Of a DNA stretch of 64,000 bases, positions 27,431 to 37,214 are shown in pieces. Positions within the stretch are counted from its first letter, which is position 1, and each line of letters opens with the position of its first letter. The stretch comes from Chitinophaga pinensis. Its GTDB lineage: Bacteria > Bacteroidota > Bacteroidia > Palsa-965. Where the stretch lies: the NCBI GenBank assembly GCA_943372645.1, contig CALRZN010000007.1:8687-72686 (forward strand), written 5' to 3'. The notes beneath the pieces were generated by a model. The model did not search any database and was not told the DNA's origin. It saw only the letters and a program-made list of their open reading frames with translations. Position numbers and translations under genes: made by a program.

Positions 27431-27560
27431 AGTTTGCAGTTTTTCAGTTTGCAGTTCGCTGCAAATCCGGGACACATGGAAATAACACGAAAGGAATAAT
27501 TGATGATACATCGTTCTTCCTGGTCAACAATCAAAACTGCAAACTGAAAAACTGCAAACT
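27431..27560. repeat. 26-bp perfect inverted repeat built from heptamer units
   Basis: AGTTTGCAGTTTTTCAGTTTGCAGTT (27431-27456) and AACTGCAAACTGAAAAACTGCAAACT (27535-27560). Confidence 0.85.
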
Positions 27561-27605
27561 GTTCCGCGGATTATTCGGAACGAATTTTATACGAACTTTA
27601 CCCCC

Positions 27606-28799
27606 ATGATCACACCTCGCCATATCTTCCTCCAGCACCTCGCGCAAACCAGCGACAGCCCGCTTGCACTTGAGATTGTAAAAGCCGAAGGTTCAACCAT
27701 GACCGATGTGAACGGCAAAACCTACATTGATCTTATTTCCGGAATCGGTGTAAGCAACATCGGGCACCGCCATCCGGCCGTGGTCGAAGCCGTTAAAAAA
27801 CAGGTGGATGAATACATGCACCTCATGGTGTATGGCGAATATGTGCAGAGTCCGCAGGTGATGCTCGCACGCCGCCTGGCCGATGTTTTCCCGGCATCTA
27901 TTGATTGCACCTACTTTGTAAATTCCGGTGCCGAAGCCATCGAAGGCGCCATGAAACTCGCCAAACGCCACACCGGCCGCACCGAACTGGTATCTTTCCG
28001 CAACGCCTATCATGGCAGCACACACGGCGCACTCAGCCTCATGGGCGATGAGTTTTTCAAACAGGCCTTCCGCCCGCTCCTGCCCGACATCCGCCACCTT
28101 AATTATAACGACACTGCTGCGCTCAAAGAAATTACTGAACGCACCGCAGCCGTTATTATTGAACCGGTTCAGGGCGAAGCCGGTGCCGTTGTTCCCAACG
28201 AAGGTTTTTTAAAAGCACTGCGCAAACGATGCAACGCTACGGATACGCTGCTCATTTTTGATGAAATACAAACCGGTTTCGGACGCACAGGCACCTTTTT
28301 CGCGTGCGAACACGACAACGTGGTTCCTGATATTATTGTGGTGGCCAAAGGCATGGGTGGCGGCATGCCCATCGGTGCGTTTGCTGCGCCGCGAAACATT
28401 ATGGCAAGCCTCATGGAAAACCCGGTGCTGGGTCACATCACCACATTCGGCGGTCATCCCGTAAACTGTGCGGCGGCCCTCGCCTGCCTCGATGTGTTAC
28501 TTACTGAACAACTTATAACTGGTGTTGCAGAGCGCGAACAACTCATACGCACCCAACTCACGCATCCTGCCATCAGCGCCATCCGCGGACGCGGACTGCT
28601 GCTCGCCGTGCTCCTGCCCGATGCCGCATTTGCGCGCGAAGTAATCAAACGCTGTGTGGAAAAAGGGGTAGTCACCGACTGGTTCCTCTTCTGCGACAAC
28701 GCCCTGCGCATTGCCCCGCCGCTCAACATCCGCATGTACGAACTTGAACAGGCCTGTGCGGTTATTCAAAACGCCATCAGCGAAGTAGCAGGCAATTGA
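27606..28799 (+). CDS. Class III PLP aminotransferase (acetylornithine aminotransferase-like)
   Basis: NSGAEAIEGA, YHGST, EPVQGEAG, DEIQTGFGRTG, AKGMGGG and TTFGG motifs. Confidence 0.9.
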   Translation: MITPRHIFLQHLAQTSDSPLALEIVKAEGSTMTDVNGKTYIDLISGIGVSNIGHRHPAVVEAVKKQVDEYMHLMVYGEYVQSPQVMLARRLADVFPASIDCTYFVNSGAEAIEGAMKLAKRHTGRTELVSFRNAYHGSTHGALSLMGDEFFKQAFRPLLPDIRHLNYNDTAALKEITERTAAVIIEPVQGEAGAVVPNEGFLKALRKRCNATDTLLIFDEIQTGFGRTGTFFACEHDNVVPDIIVVAKGMGGGMPIGAFAAPRNIMASLMENPVLGHITTFGGHPVNCAAALACLDVLLTEQLITGVAEREQLIRTQLTHPAISAIRGRGLLLAVLLPDAAFAREVIKRCVEKGVVTDWFLFCDNALRIAPPLNIRMYELEQACAVIQNAISEVAGN

Positions 28800-28816
28800 T
28801 TTTAACTTTTTTTCTT

Positions 28817-28910
28817 GGGGCGTGTCTCGGCTGAACCGAGACCGGGCTTTCCGCTGCAAGTCCTCCTTCGCATCCGCTCGTCCGGGCTTTCCACTCCAAT
28901 CCCTCACGCA
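28817..28910 (+). ncRNA. Structured intergenic repeat resembling the Flavo-1-type RNA motif
   Basis: Closing pair GCGTG/CACGC, hairpin GTCTCGG-ctgaa-CCGAGAC and internal direct repeat CCGGGCTTTCCRCT (2 copies). The family name is from recall and needs an Rfam check. Confidence 0.5.
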
Positions 28911-28975
28911 AAGTGAATCGTTGTTCGATTTCTCCCCGATTTTTCTATTTTTGTTTTAGAACACACATCCACACC

Positions 28976-29872
28976 ATGAAAAAAATCTACGTTCTCCTCG
29001 CGCTGCTTGGCAGCAGCAATTTACTTGTTGCACAAAACGCAGCCACACCCAATGCCGGTTTCGAAGCCTGGACGCATGTTTCCGGTTTCACAGCGTATGA
29101 TAATCCGGACAACTGGAGCACGCTCAACAGCACCACGGCTCCCTTCGGTGTAATCACCTGCTACAAAGCCACCGCCGGCGGAGAATTTCACAACGGCGCG
29201 GCCGCACTGAAACTGATTACCAAAAACGCGGTGATACAAACCGCAAACGGTGTAGCCACCACCGGCACCATCAACACATCAAACCAAACCATCACCGGCG
29301 GCATCGCCTTCACCGCACGGCCTGACAGCATAGTTGGCTGGTACAAATGTTCACCGGTAAGTAACGATGCCGGCTTTGTGCAGTTCATGCTGCTCGATGC
29401 CAACAGCGACACCATCGGTTACGCCAAGTTTTTTGCACCCACCACACCTACCACAACATTTACCCGTTTTGCGGTTGCCATCACGTATTACAATGCACAA
29501 ACGCCGGTAACGTCGCAGTGGATCTGTTCATCCAGCGCAGGCAGCACCAACCAGCAGATCAACGCCACCATCTGGGTAGATGACCTTGACCTCACGTATA
29601 TGCCGAACAGCATAACCGAAGCCGGAAAACAATCCGGAATTAAAGTTGGTCCCGTGCCGGCAGCAAACGAACTGCTCATCACCAACCGCGATCAGCGCAA
29701 AGCAACGCTGGTGTTGTACAACACACTTGGACAAACCTGCGGCACCTACACACTCGAAGGCGCTTCGCAGAAAATTGACATCAGCGCCATCGCGCAGGGC
29801 AGTTATGTATACAGCGTACTCGGCGAAAACCGCGAGCTGCTCGTAAACGGCAAACTGCTCATCCAGCGCTGA
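28976..29872 (+). CDS. T9SS type A cargo protein with a PCMD-like carbohydrate-binding domain
   Basis: Signal peptide MKKIYVLL; PNAGFEAW and RPDSIVGWYK; C-terminal VGPVPA..LYNTLGQ..GSYVY..KLLIQR. Confidence 0.8.
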   Translation: MKKIYVLLALLGSSNLLVAQNAATPNAGFEAWTHVSGFTAYDNPDNWSTLNSTTAPFGVITCYKATAGGEFHNGAAALKLITKNAVIQTANGVATTGTINTSNQTITGGIAFTARPDSIVGWYKCSPVSNDAGFVQFMLLDANSDTIGYAKFFAPTTPTTTFTRFAVAITYYNAQTPVTSQWICSSSAGSTNQQINATIWVDDLDLTYMPNSITEAGKQSGIKVGPVPAANELLITNRDQRKATLVLYNTLGQTCGTYTLEGASQKIDISAIAQGSYVYSVLGENRELLVNGKLLIQR

Positions 29873-29880
29873 GTTTCGCA

Positions 29881-32277
29881 ATGAATCTGCTGCGCGCCCT
29901 GCTCCTGCTCTGCTGGAGTTCCTGTTTCTTTTCTGTTGCGCTTCGTGCGCAGCCCAAACCCGGCACCGGTGAGCTGAAAGGCATGGTGCTCGATTCCGCC
30001 AGCCGTGAACCGGTGATTGGTGCAGTTATTTTTTTGGAACAGGAAAAATCTCGGGGCACATCGGCAAACATCAACGGACAATACAGCCTGCGTTTGCCTG
30101 CGGGAAGACAGCGCCTCATCTGCACCATGGTGGGCATGCGGCCGGATACGTTTACCGTGTTTATTGATTCCGGTGCGGTAAACAATTACACCATCCTGCT
30201 GCACGAATTAGTCAACACCTATAATGTAGTGGTTGTTTCTGCAGGCAAATACGAACAGAAACTGGAAGACATCACCGTTTCGATGGAGGTGCTAAAACCC
30301 GCACTCATCGAATCGCGCAACAACATTTCCATTGACAAGGCGCTGGAACAGGTGCCCGGTTTAACCATTCTCGATAACGAACCGCAGATACGCGGCGGCA
30401 GCGGGTTCGGCTTTGGTGTAGGCAGCCGCGTGTCCACACTCATTGATGGTATTCCCGTGATGCAGGGCGATGTGGGCCGCACCGAGTGGCAGTTCATCCC
30501 GATTGAAAACGCCGAACAGGTGGAAGTCATCAAAGGCGCGTCATCCGTGCTCTACGGCTCGTCTGCGCTCAGCGGCGTCATCAACATCCGCACCGCTTAT
30601 CCGCGTGAAAAACCACAAACCAAAGTGGCTGTTTATTCCGGCGTGTACAGTCCGCCGCAAAACGATTCGGCCAAATGGTGGACCGGCAACGCCATGCAGT
30701 ACGGACTTACCGCGCTGCACTCACGGCAGATCGGGCGCTGCGATGTGGTGGCCACCGTGGCAGGTATTTACGATCACAACTACATCGGGCCACCGGTAAA
30801 AATTGCGTTCTTCCCTACCACCGATACCATCAACGAACAGGATGTGGAAAACCGCGCGGCGCGTTTCAGTTACCAGTTCCGCTGGCGTCCGAAAAAAAAC
30901 GACCGCCTCAACCTCGGCATGAACGGCAGTTTTATGCAGGCGCACAATAATTTTACGCTCGTGTGGGGCAACGACAGCAGCGGCATTTACCGCGCCTATC
31001 CCGGCACGATGACGATACAGGACCAGGTGATTTATTTTATTGATCCGTTCATCAACTACTACACCCGCGGCGGTTTCCGGCATGCACTGCGTTCGCGCTT
31101 TTTTTCTACGGTAAACGAAAACAGCAACAACCAGTCGAACAGCAGCCGCATTTATTACGCCGAATACCAGTTTGCAAAAACACTGAACGTAATTGAAAAC
31201 CTGAACCTCACGGGAGGAGTAGTCATGAACCTCACGCACAGCAACGCCACGCTGTTTATGGCTGGCGGCTCGCCTGATAATCGCCTGCAGAACTGGTCGG
31301 GTTACACGCAGCTCGATAAAAAATTCTGGAAGGTACTCAACTTCTCGCTCGGTTTCCGCGGCGAATATTTTACCATCAACGGCAGCGAAAGTGTGCTCCG
31401 TCCCATCGTGCGTTCGGGGCTCAACCTGAAACTGGGGCAGGCCACGTTTCTGCGTTATTCGTATGGACAGGGTTACCGTTATCCGACCATCGCCGAGAAA
31501 TTTATTTTTACAAACGCGGGCGGCATCACCATTTTCCCGAATCCCGGCATTCAGCCCGAAACGAGCTGGAACACCGAAGCCGGACTGAAACAAGGTTTCA
31601 AAATCGGCAAGTTCATGGGCTTTGCTGATGCCGCTGTGTTCTGGCAGGAATACACGAACACCATCGAATACATTTATGCGGTGTGGAAACCCGATACCGT
31701 TGGTTTTAAATTCGTGAACACCGGCGATACCCGCGTGCGCGGTGTGGAATTTTCGGTGATGGGCGAAGGATTTCTTTACAAAAAATGGAAAGCCACGCTG
31801 CTCGGCGGTTACACGTACACGCTGCCCCAGGCCATGAATCCGCAGCTGGTGTTTGCCCAAGACAATCCCGCCGTTGGTATTACACCCAACCAGCTTTCGT
31901 ATTCCACCACCAGCACCGACACAACCGATTACATTTTAAAATACCGGTTTCAGCACCTCGCCAAATGCGATCTCGAAATCAGCCGCACCTGGCTGGCGTT
32001 CGGGGCAAGCTGGCGGTATTACAGCCACATGCAAAACATTGACAAAGCGTTTTACATTCTCGATGCGCCCAACCTGCCCGGCTCCGGCATCAGCAAATAC
32101 CGCGAAAAGCACAGCACCGGCATACATGTGATGGATGCGCGCATTGCGGCCACCATCAAAGGAAAATACAAAGCGGCGTTTATCGTAAACAACCTGCTGA
32201 ATCTGGAATATTCGCTGCGCCCGCTGAAGATCGAATCGCCGCGCACGTTCCAGGTGCGGTTTTCGGTGAGTATTTAA
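29881..32277 (+). CDS. TonB-dependent receptor
   Basis: N-terminal carboxypeptidase-regulatory-like domain; plug motifs IRGGSG and VEVIKGASSVLYGSSALSGVINI; beta-barrel C-terminus. Confidence 0.93.
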   Translation: MNLLRALLLLCWSSCFFSVALRAQPKPGTGELKGMVLDSASREPVIGAVIFLEQEKSRGTSANINGQYSLRLPAGRQRLICTMVGMRPDTFTVFIDSGAVNNYTILLHELVNTYNVVVVSAGKYEQKLEDITVSMEVLKPALIESRNNISIDKALEQVPGLTILDNEPQIRGGSGFGFGVGSRVSTLIDGIPVMQGDVGRTEWQFIPIENAEQVEVIKGASSVLYGSSALSGVINIRTAYPREKPQTKVAVYSGVYSPPQNDSAKWWTGNAMQYGLTALHSRQIGRCDVVATVAGIYDHNYIGPPVKIAFFPTTDTINEQDVENRAARFSYQFRWRPKKNDRLNLGMNGSFMQAHNNFTLVWGNDSSGIYRAYPGTMTIQDQVIYFIDPFINYYTRGGFRHALRSRFFSTVNENSNNQSNSSRIYYAEYQFAKTLNVIENLNLTGGVVMNLTHSNATLFMAGGSPDNRLQNWSGYTQLDKKFWKVLNFSLGFRGEYFTINGSESVLRPIVRSGLNLKLGQATFLRYSYGQGYRYPTIAEKFIFTNAGGITIFPNPGIQPETSWNTEAGLKQGFKIGKFMGFADAAVFWQEYTNTIEYIYAVWKPDTVGFKFVNTGDTRVRGVEFSVMGEGFLYKKWKATLLGGYTYTLPQAMNPQLVFAQDNPAVGITPNQLSYSTTSTDTTDYILKYRFQHLAKCDLEISRTWLAFGASWRYYSHMQNIDKAFYILDAPNLPGSGISKYREKHSTGIHVMDARIAATIKGKYKAAFIVNNLLNLEYSLRPLKIESPRTFQVRFSVSI

Positions 32278-32292
32278 ATATATTTTTGATAA

Positions 32293-32459
32293 GACGTTAG
32301 CGCGGATTTTGTGCGTTGTAGCGCGGTTGCTAATCCGTGCTGGACCACGCCCTTAAGCGGAGAATTTTACACAAACAGGGATCGTAGTAATCCGCAAATT
32401 GTATAAAGTCACGGATTACCCGCCTTCATTCCCCGCCGCACAAAATCCGCGACAACATC
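32293..32459. repeat. REP/MITE-like element with nested inverted repeats (copy 1)
   Basis: Outer arms GACGTTAGCGCGGATTTTGTGCG / CGCACAAAATCCGCGACAACATC, inner arms TAATCCGTG / CACGGATTA; homologous to 54511-54678 in reverse orientation. Confidence 0.85.
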
Positions 32460-32560
32460 AAAAAGAAAAGCCCAACCGGCTCTAACGCCCAAAGCCCGAA
32501 AATATTGTGTTACCGTAACTCATCAATTCCGCTAACTTTGTGCCGCATTCCCGAAACGAC

Positions 32561-34516
32561 GTGAAGCTCTCCGTTATTATCGTTAACTACAATGTGCAGC
32601 ACTTCCTTGAGCAGTGCCTGTATTCGGTGCGCCACGCATCGAAGGCGCTGGCCGTGGAAACATTTGTGGTGGACAACAACTCCGTTGACGGTTCGGTGGA
32701 AATGGTGCGGGAGAAATTTCCGGAAGTAAAACTCATCGCCAATACCGAAAACCTTGGGTTCTCCAAAGCCAACAACCAGGCCATGCACATTGCCACCGGC
32801 GAATATGTGCTGCTGCTGAACCCGGATACGCTTGTTGAAGAATCAACCTTTGAAAAAGTAGTCGCTTTTATGGATGCGCACCCCGATGCGGGCGGACTGG
32901 GTGTGATGATGCTTGACGGCAAAGGCAATTTTCTCCCTGAATCGAAACGCGGGCTGCCTACACCGGCTGTGGCGTTTTACAAAATATTCGGCCTTTCGAA
33001 ATTATTTCCGCGTTCGAAACGGTTCGGGCGCTACCACCTCGGCTTTCTCGACAAAAACGAAACACACGAAATAGACATCCTCTCCGGCGCCTTCATGCTC
33101 ATGCGCAAAACCGCGCTCGACAAAGTGGGCCTGCTGGATGAAGCGTTTTTTATGTACGGCGAAGACATTGATTTGTCGTACCGCATACAGCTCGGCGGGT
33201 TTAAAAACTATTATTTCCCCGAAACGCGCATCATTCATTACAAAGGCGAGAGCACGAAAAAAAGCAGCGTCAATTACGTGTTCGTGTTTTACAACGCGAT
33301 GGTCATTTTTGCGAAGAAACATTTTTCGCAAAAAAACGCACAACTGTTTTCGTTCCTCATCAACCTCGCCATCTGGCTGCGCGCGGGTGCGGCGGTGGCT
33401 GCGCGGTTTCTCAAAAAATCAATATTGCCGCTTTTTGATGCGTCGCTGCTGCTGGGCGGTTATTATTTCATCAAATATTATTACGAACAGAATTTCCGTT
33501 TCGTTGATGGCGGCTCGTTCACCGAATCGCTGGTGAATGTGGCGCTGCCGGTTTATACCATCATCTGGCTGCTCGCGGTGTTTTTCAGCGGGGGTTACGA
33601 CCGGCCGGTGCGCCTCATCAAAATTGTGCGCGGCGTGGTGGCGGGAACAGCCATCATCCTCATCGGGTATGCGCTGCTGCCGGAGATGTACCGTTTCTCG
33701 CGCATTCTTATCCTGTTCGGTTCGGGGTGGGCACTCATCAGCCTGCTGCTTTCGCGCAGTTTATTTCACTTTGTGCGTTTCGGAAACCTGCGTATTGACA
33801 GCGGCAAAGCCAAGCGCGTGGCCATCGTAGGCAAAACCGACGAATGTGTGCGCGTGCACGGACTGCTGCGCCAGACCCTGGTGAATACCGGTTTCGTAGG
33901 CTATGTAAACACCGATGAACACGTTGCACACACGCCCACCCACATCGGCAGCTTCGCGCAGCTCGGCGAAATCGTGCAGATTTATACGATTGACGAACTC
34001 ATCTTCTGCGCCCGCGATCTTTCTGCCCAGGTGATTATTGATCGCATGGCGCAGCTCGGTAACCCGAACCTGGAATATAAAATTGCGCCGCCCGAAAGCC
34101 TTTCCATCATCGGCAGCAACAGCATTGACACGGCCGGCGATCTGTATGTGATTGACATCAATTCCATCAGCAAACCGGTGAACCGCCGCAACAAACGCGT
34201 GCTGGATGTGGGCGTGGCGTTGGTATTCCTCGCGCTTTTCCCGATACTGATGTGGTTTACCAAAAGTCCGTTCGGTTTTGTCGGCAATATTTTCAAAGTG
34301 CTGTTCGGCCTCCGCTCGTGGATCGGTTATTCCGACAGCACCGACAGTCACCTGCCCCGCATCCGCAAAGGCGTGGTATGCCCGTCAGACACACTGCCCG
34401 CCGCACAGCAAACGGAACTTACCGTTTCGCGCCTGGATATGATTTATGCGAAGGATTATAAGATTGAGAATGATCTGACGATTATCCGGAAAGCGTTTCG
34501 GTTGCTGGGGAAATAA
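32561..34516 (+). CDS. GT2 glycosyltransferase with C-terminal membrane and sugar-transferase-like region
   Basis: LSVIIVNYN, VDNNSVDGS, NLGFSKANN, LLNPDT and FFMYGEDIDL; GTG start at 32561 after TAACTTTG (32533-32540). Confidence 0.88.
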   Translation: MKLSVIIVNYNVQHFLEQCLYSVRHASKALAVETFVVDNNSVDGSVEMVREKFPEVKLIANTENLGFSKANNQAMHIATGEYVLLLNPDTLVEESTFEKVVAFMDAHPDAGGLGVMMLDGKGNFLPESKRGLPTPAVAFYKIFGLSKLFPRSKRFGRYHLGFLDKNETHEIDILSGAFMLMRKTALDKVGLLDEAFFMYGEDIDLSYRIQLGGFKNYYFPETRIIHYKGESTKKSSVNYVFVFYNAMVIFAKKHFSQKNAQLFSFLINLAIWLRAGAAVAARFLKKSILPLFDASLLLGGYYFIKYYYEQNFRFVDGGSFTESLVNVALPVYTIIWLLAVFFSGGYDRPVRLIKIVRGVVAGTAIILIGYALLPEMYRFSRILILFGSGWALISLLLSRSLFHFVRFGNLRIDSGKAKRVAIVGKTDECVRVHGLLRQTLVNTGFVGYVNTDEHVAHTPTHIGSFAQLGEIVQIYTIDELIFCARDLSAQVIIDRMAQLGNPNLEYKIAPPESLSIIGSNSIDTAGDLYVIDINSISKPVNRRNKRVLDVGVALVFLALFPILMWFTKSPFGFVGNIFKVLFGLRSWIGYSDSTDSHLPRIRKGVVCPSDTLPAAQQTELTVSRLDMIYAKDYKIENDLTIIRKAFRLLGK

Positions 34517-34520
34517 AACC

Positions 34521-35075
34521 CTACAACTGCACCGTCTTCTGCAATTTCGCTAAATCAAACCCCTTGGCCTGCAGGCGGGCAATGATTTGCTGATAAACGG
34601 CATCATCCATTTTCGGGGTGCGGCTAAGTATCCACAAATATTTTTTACCGGGGTGGCTCACTACGGCATAACTGTAATCGGCGGCCAGGTCAATAATCCA
34701 GTATTTCGCTTTAAACGGCCAGAAAAACTGCACCTTCAGTTTTGCATTGCCCGAACCTTTTTCAACAAAGGCTTTTCCTTTGATGTACGATTGTTTGCCG
34801 TTTACACTGTCGCGATTACAGCGGTTTTCCACAATCACATAGCCTTTATCGCTTAATGTATATTCGGCCGTGGTGCAGTGGCAGCCTTTCTGGAACGATT
34901 GCGGAAATGAAGCGATTTCATACCATTTGCCGGCATATTTTTTCAGGTCAACTTCGGGAACGGTTTCTAATTTTTGCGGATGATTGCCGGCTGCTGTCAT
35001 AAAAACGAAAAGTGTTAAAAAAAACATGGGCAGCAAAGGCTTTATCAGCGATTGCCGCGAAAATAAATTATTCAT
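34521..35075 (-). CDS. Lipocalin family protein (Blc-like)
   Basis: VDLKKYAGKWYEIA, LKVQFFWPF, DYSYAVV and YLWILSRTP motifs. Confidence 0.92.
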   Translation of the reverse strand: MNNLFSRQSLIKPLLPMFFLTLFVFMTAAGNHPQKLETVPEVDLKKYAGKWYEIASFPQSFQKGCHCTTAEYTLSDKGYVIVENRCNRDSVNGKQSYIKGKAFVEKGSGNAKLKVQFFWPFKAKYWIIDLAADYSYAVVSHPGKKYLWILSRTPKMDDAVYQQIIARLQAKGFDLAKLQKTVQL

Positions 35076-35076
35076 G

Positions 35077-35979
35077 CTATAGAAATTTTGCACCAGTGAG
35101 TAATTCGCTTCCCTGCCAGAGCGCCTTTGCTTTCGCTTCGTCATAACTGTCGACCGACGACCGGATCACTTTTGTTTTATCGTAATACAGTCCCGTTGTG
35201 GTAACCTCATCAATTAACCGCACAACCGCTTTAGCCGATCGTTCCGGATTATCGGACAGCCCGATCAGTTTGAAAAACAAATCCAACAGTTTCCGGTACA
35301 ACTTTTCGCCGGGTTTATAAGTCCGGCCCAGGTTGGTTAATAACATCAGCCCGGGATTAATGCCGTTCACCAGCGTCTGCGGCGTATGGTTGTTCGCTTT
35401 CAGCCGGCGGTCGAGTTCGTAGGCAAACAGCAGCATACACAGCTTTGACGTTGCATAAAAAGATTGCCCCTGCTTTTTTAACGTCGAATTTTTATCTACC
35501 GCCGGGTGCGCAAGTTCATCAACCGGTTTGAATTCCGCTTTTGCAAATGGCGATTTGTTTTTGGGGTTATGAAGCTCGCTCGAAACCATTACAATGCGTT
35601 CGAGGTTGTACTTTTCAAGCAATAAATTCGTCAGTAAAAAATGCCCCAGGTAATTTGTCCCGAACGTTTCTTCAATACCGTTTTTGGTGTAACGGAATTC
35701 GCCTTCGTACGACATGCCTGCATTGCAGTCGAGCGCATAAATGGATTTGAAATCGCTGATATCATCAACAAACTTCCGGATGCTGGCAAAATCAGCGAGG
35801 TCTAATTTTTTTATGATATACGGTTTGGCCGTATCAAAATCCGGAAATGCATCAATGGCTTTTTGTGTTTTTTCAATATCGCGGCAGGCCATAATTACCC
35901 GGTAATCCTTATCAAGCAGGAATTTGGCTGTCCATAAACCAAGTCCGCTGTTAGCACCGGTAACGATTACGTTTTTCAC
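35077..35979 (-). CDS. Short-chain dehydrogenase/reductase (retinol dehydrogenase / protochlorophyllide reductase-like)
   Basis: TGANSGLG, MACRD, LDLAD, NAG, TNYLGHFLL and YATSK motifs. Confidence 0.9.
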   Translation of the reverse strand: MKNVIVTGANSGLGLWTAKFLLDKDYRVIMACRDIEKTQKAIDAFPDFDTAKPYIIKKLDLADFASIRKFVDDISDFKSIYALDCNAGMSYEGEFRYTKNGIEETFGTNYLGHFLLTNLLLEKYNLERIVMVSSELHNPKNKSPFAKAEFKPVDELAHPAVDKNSTLKKQGQSFYATSKLCMLLFAYELDRRLKANNHTPQTLVNGINPGLMLLTNLGRTYKPGEKLYRKLLDLFFKLIGLSDNPERSAKAVVRLIDEVTTTGLYYDKTKVIRSSVDSYDEAKAKALWQGSELLTGAKFL

Positions 35980-36129
35980 ATTGCTGTTGTTAACACCTGT
36001 TTTCGCCCGCCTCGATTGTTGTCACGTATATGCTGGAACAACAACACTCCGCTTTTGTTGCGGGGAATTATGAATAGTTTCCACCGGCTCTTCCTCCAGC
36101 AGTTTTATGAACGCTTATTCAGACAACCT

Positions 36130-36717
36130 TCATTTCTCAAAATCAAGATTGGTCGGCTCTTCCTGTGTAGCGCGTTTTTTTTCGGCACCGTCCGTTTGGG
36201 GTTTATATTCGCCGGTTATTTCAAAGGTTACTTTATCAAACCAGATTTGCCCGGTACCACTCAGCATTGCACCGTACGCGATGAGCGATGCATTGGGCGG
36301 AACATCCAATTCGATTTCATATTTGGTCCAGCCGGTAGTGCCTTTAATCGGCCGGTTGTGCATGTTGTCAAAAGCCAGCGATTGTTTTGATTCCGCCTGG
36401 TCAACACGCATCCAGAGCGCGGCCCACGCTGCAACATTTTCTGATTTTACAAAGGCCGACATTTTTACGCGTTTGCCGAGATACTTCCCCGGTTTGCATT
36501 GCTGCATCAGCGTTCCGAATCCGGAGTTCTGATTTTCAATTGATTTGATCGTGGCCGCGTTATTGCCGTCCTGCCCGGCACCAGGTGCAATGCCCATGTC
36601 ATAACTCCCGGGCTTGTTTCCTGCTTTGAACCAACCGGCCGGCAGATCAAATGCAAACAATATCGCTAATGCCCCAACGAACATTACACTTTTAAGAACA
36701 ATTCCAGTCGTTTTCAT
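36130..36717 (-). CDS. Secreted hypothetical protein (galactose-binding-like fold)
   Basis: Signal peptide; FGTLMQ..YLGKRV..WAALWMRVD..AFDNM..GTTGW..GTGQIWFD..PTNLDFE. Confidence 0.7.
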   Translation of the reverse strand: MKTTGIVLKSVMFVGALAILFAFDLPAGWFKAGNKPGSYDMGIAPGAGQDGNNAATIKSIENQNSGFGTLMQQCKPGKYLGKRVKMSAFVKSENVAAWAALWMRVDQAESKQSLAFDNMHNRPIKGTTGWTKYEIELDVPPNASLIAYGAMLSGTGQIWFDKVTFEITGEYKPQTDGAEKKRATQEEPTNLDFEK

Positions 36718-36791
36718 TTTATGCCCGGATTTTGATAATTGTTCAATTTACAAAAATTCCAGAAAAAAAAGGGATTAACACCCGAACATAT

Positions 36792-37092
36792 CAGGGCAAT
36801 CGCGTCTGAAAAATGCCATCTGCTATATCCCCATAATCAGGACTTTCGGGCAGACCTCTTACTTTTGATAGTGTTAGCGGGCAGTCAGTTCGAGTGTTTC
36901 TTGCTGATTTTTCATCAGCAAGAAATGTATCGGGAACGTGGGTCGGGATCCCCTCGCACGTTCTCGATACACCTTCCATTTCGCCGCCCTGCGCGCCCGG
37001 CACTCGAACTGACTGCCCGCTTTTGTTTTGATTCAATACTATTTTGGAAAACCGCTAAATCAGTATAAAAATTTTCAGACGCGATTGCCCTG
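36792..37092. repeat. Nested palindromic element (two 21-bp perfect inverted repeat pairs and two internal hairpins)
   Basis: Pairs 36792-36812/37072-37092 and 36876-36896/37001-37021; hairpins 36897-36925 and 36926-36971. Confidence 0.88.
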
Positions 37093-37214
37093 CCGGACAT
37101 ATGCAGCCCGTGTGCCGATCCCCAATGTAAAATAAACGCCGTCCTTCTGCCCCCGCCTGTATGCCGTGGCGCATGAAATGTGCGTTGGCAGGCAGGCGGA
37201 GTCGAAGAAGACGA

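Noticed and set aside
32561-34516. GT2 with a C-terminal sugar-transferase-like region as a novel fusion
   Set aside because: From recall this architecture is common in Bacteroidota.
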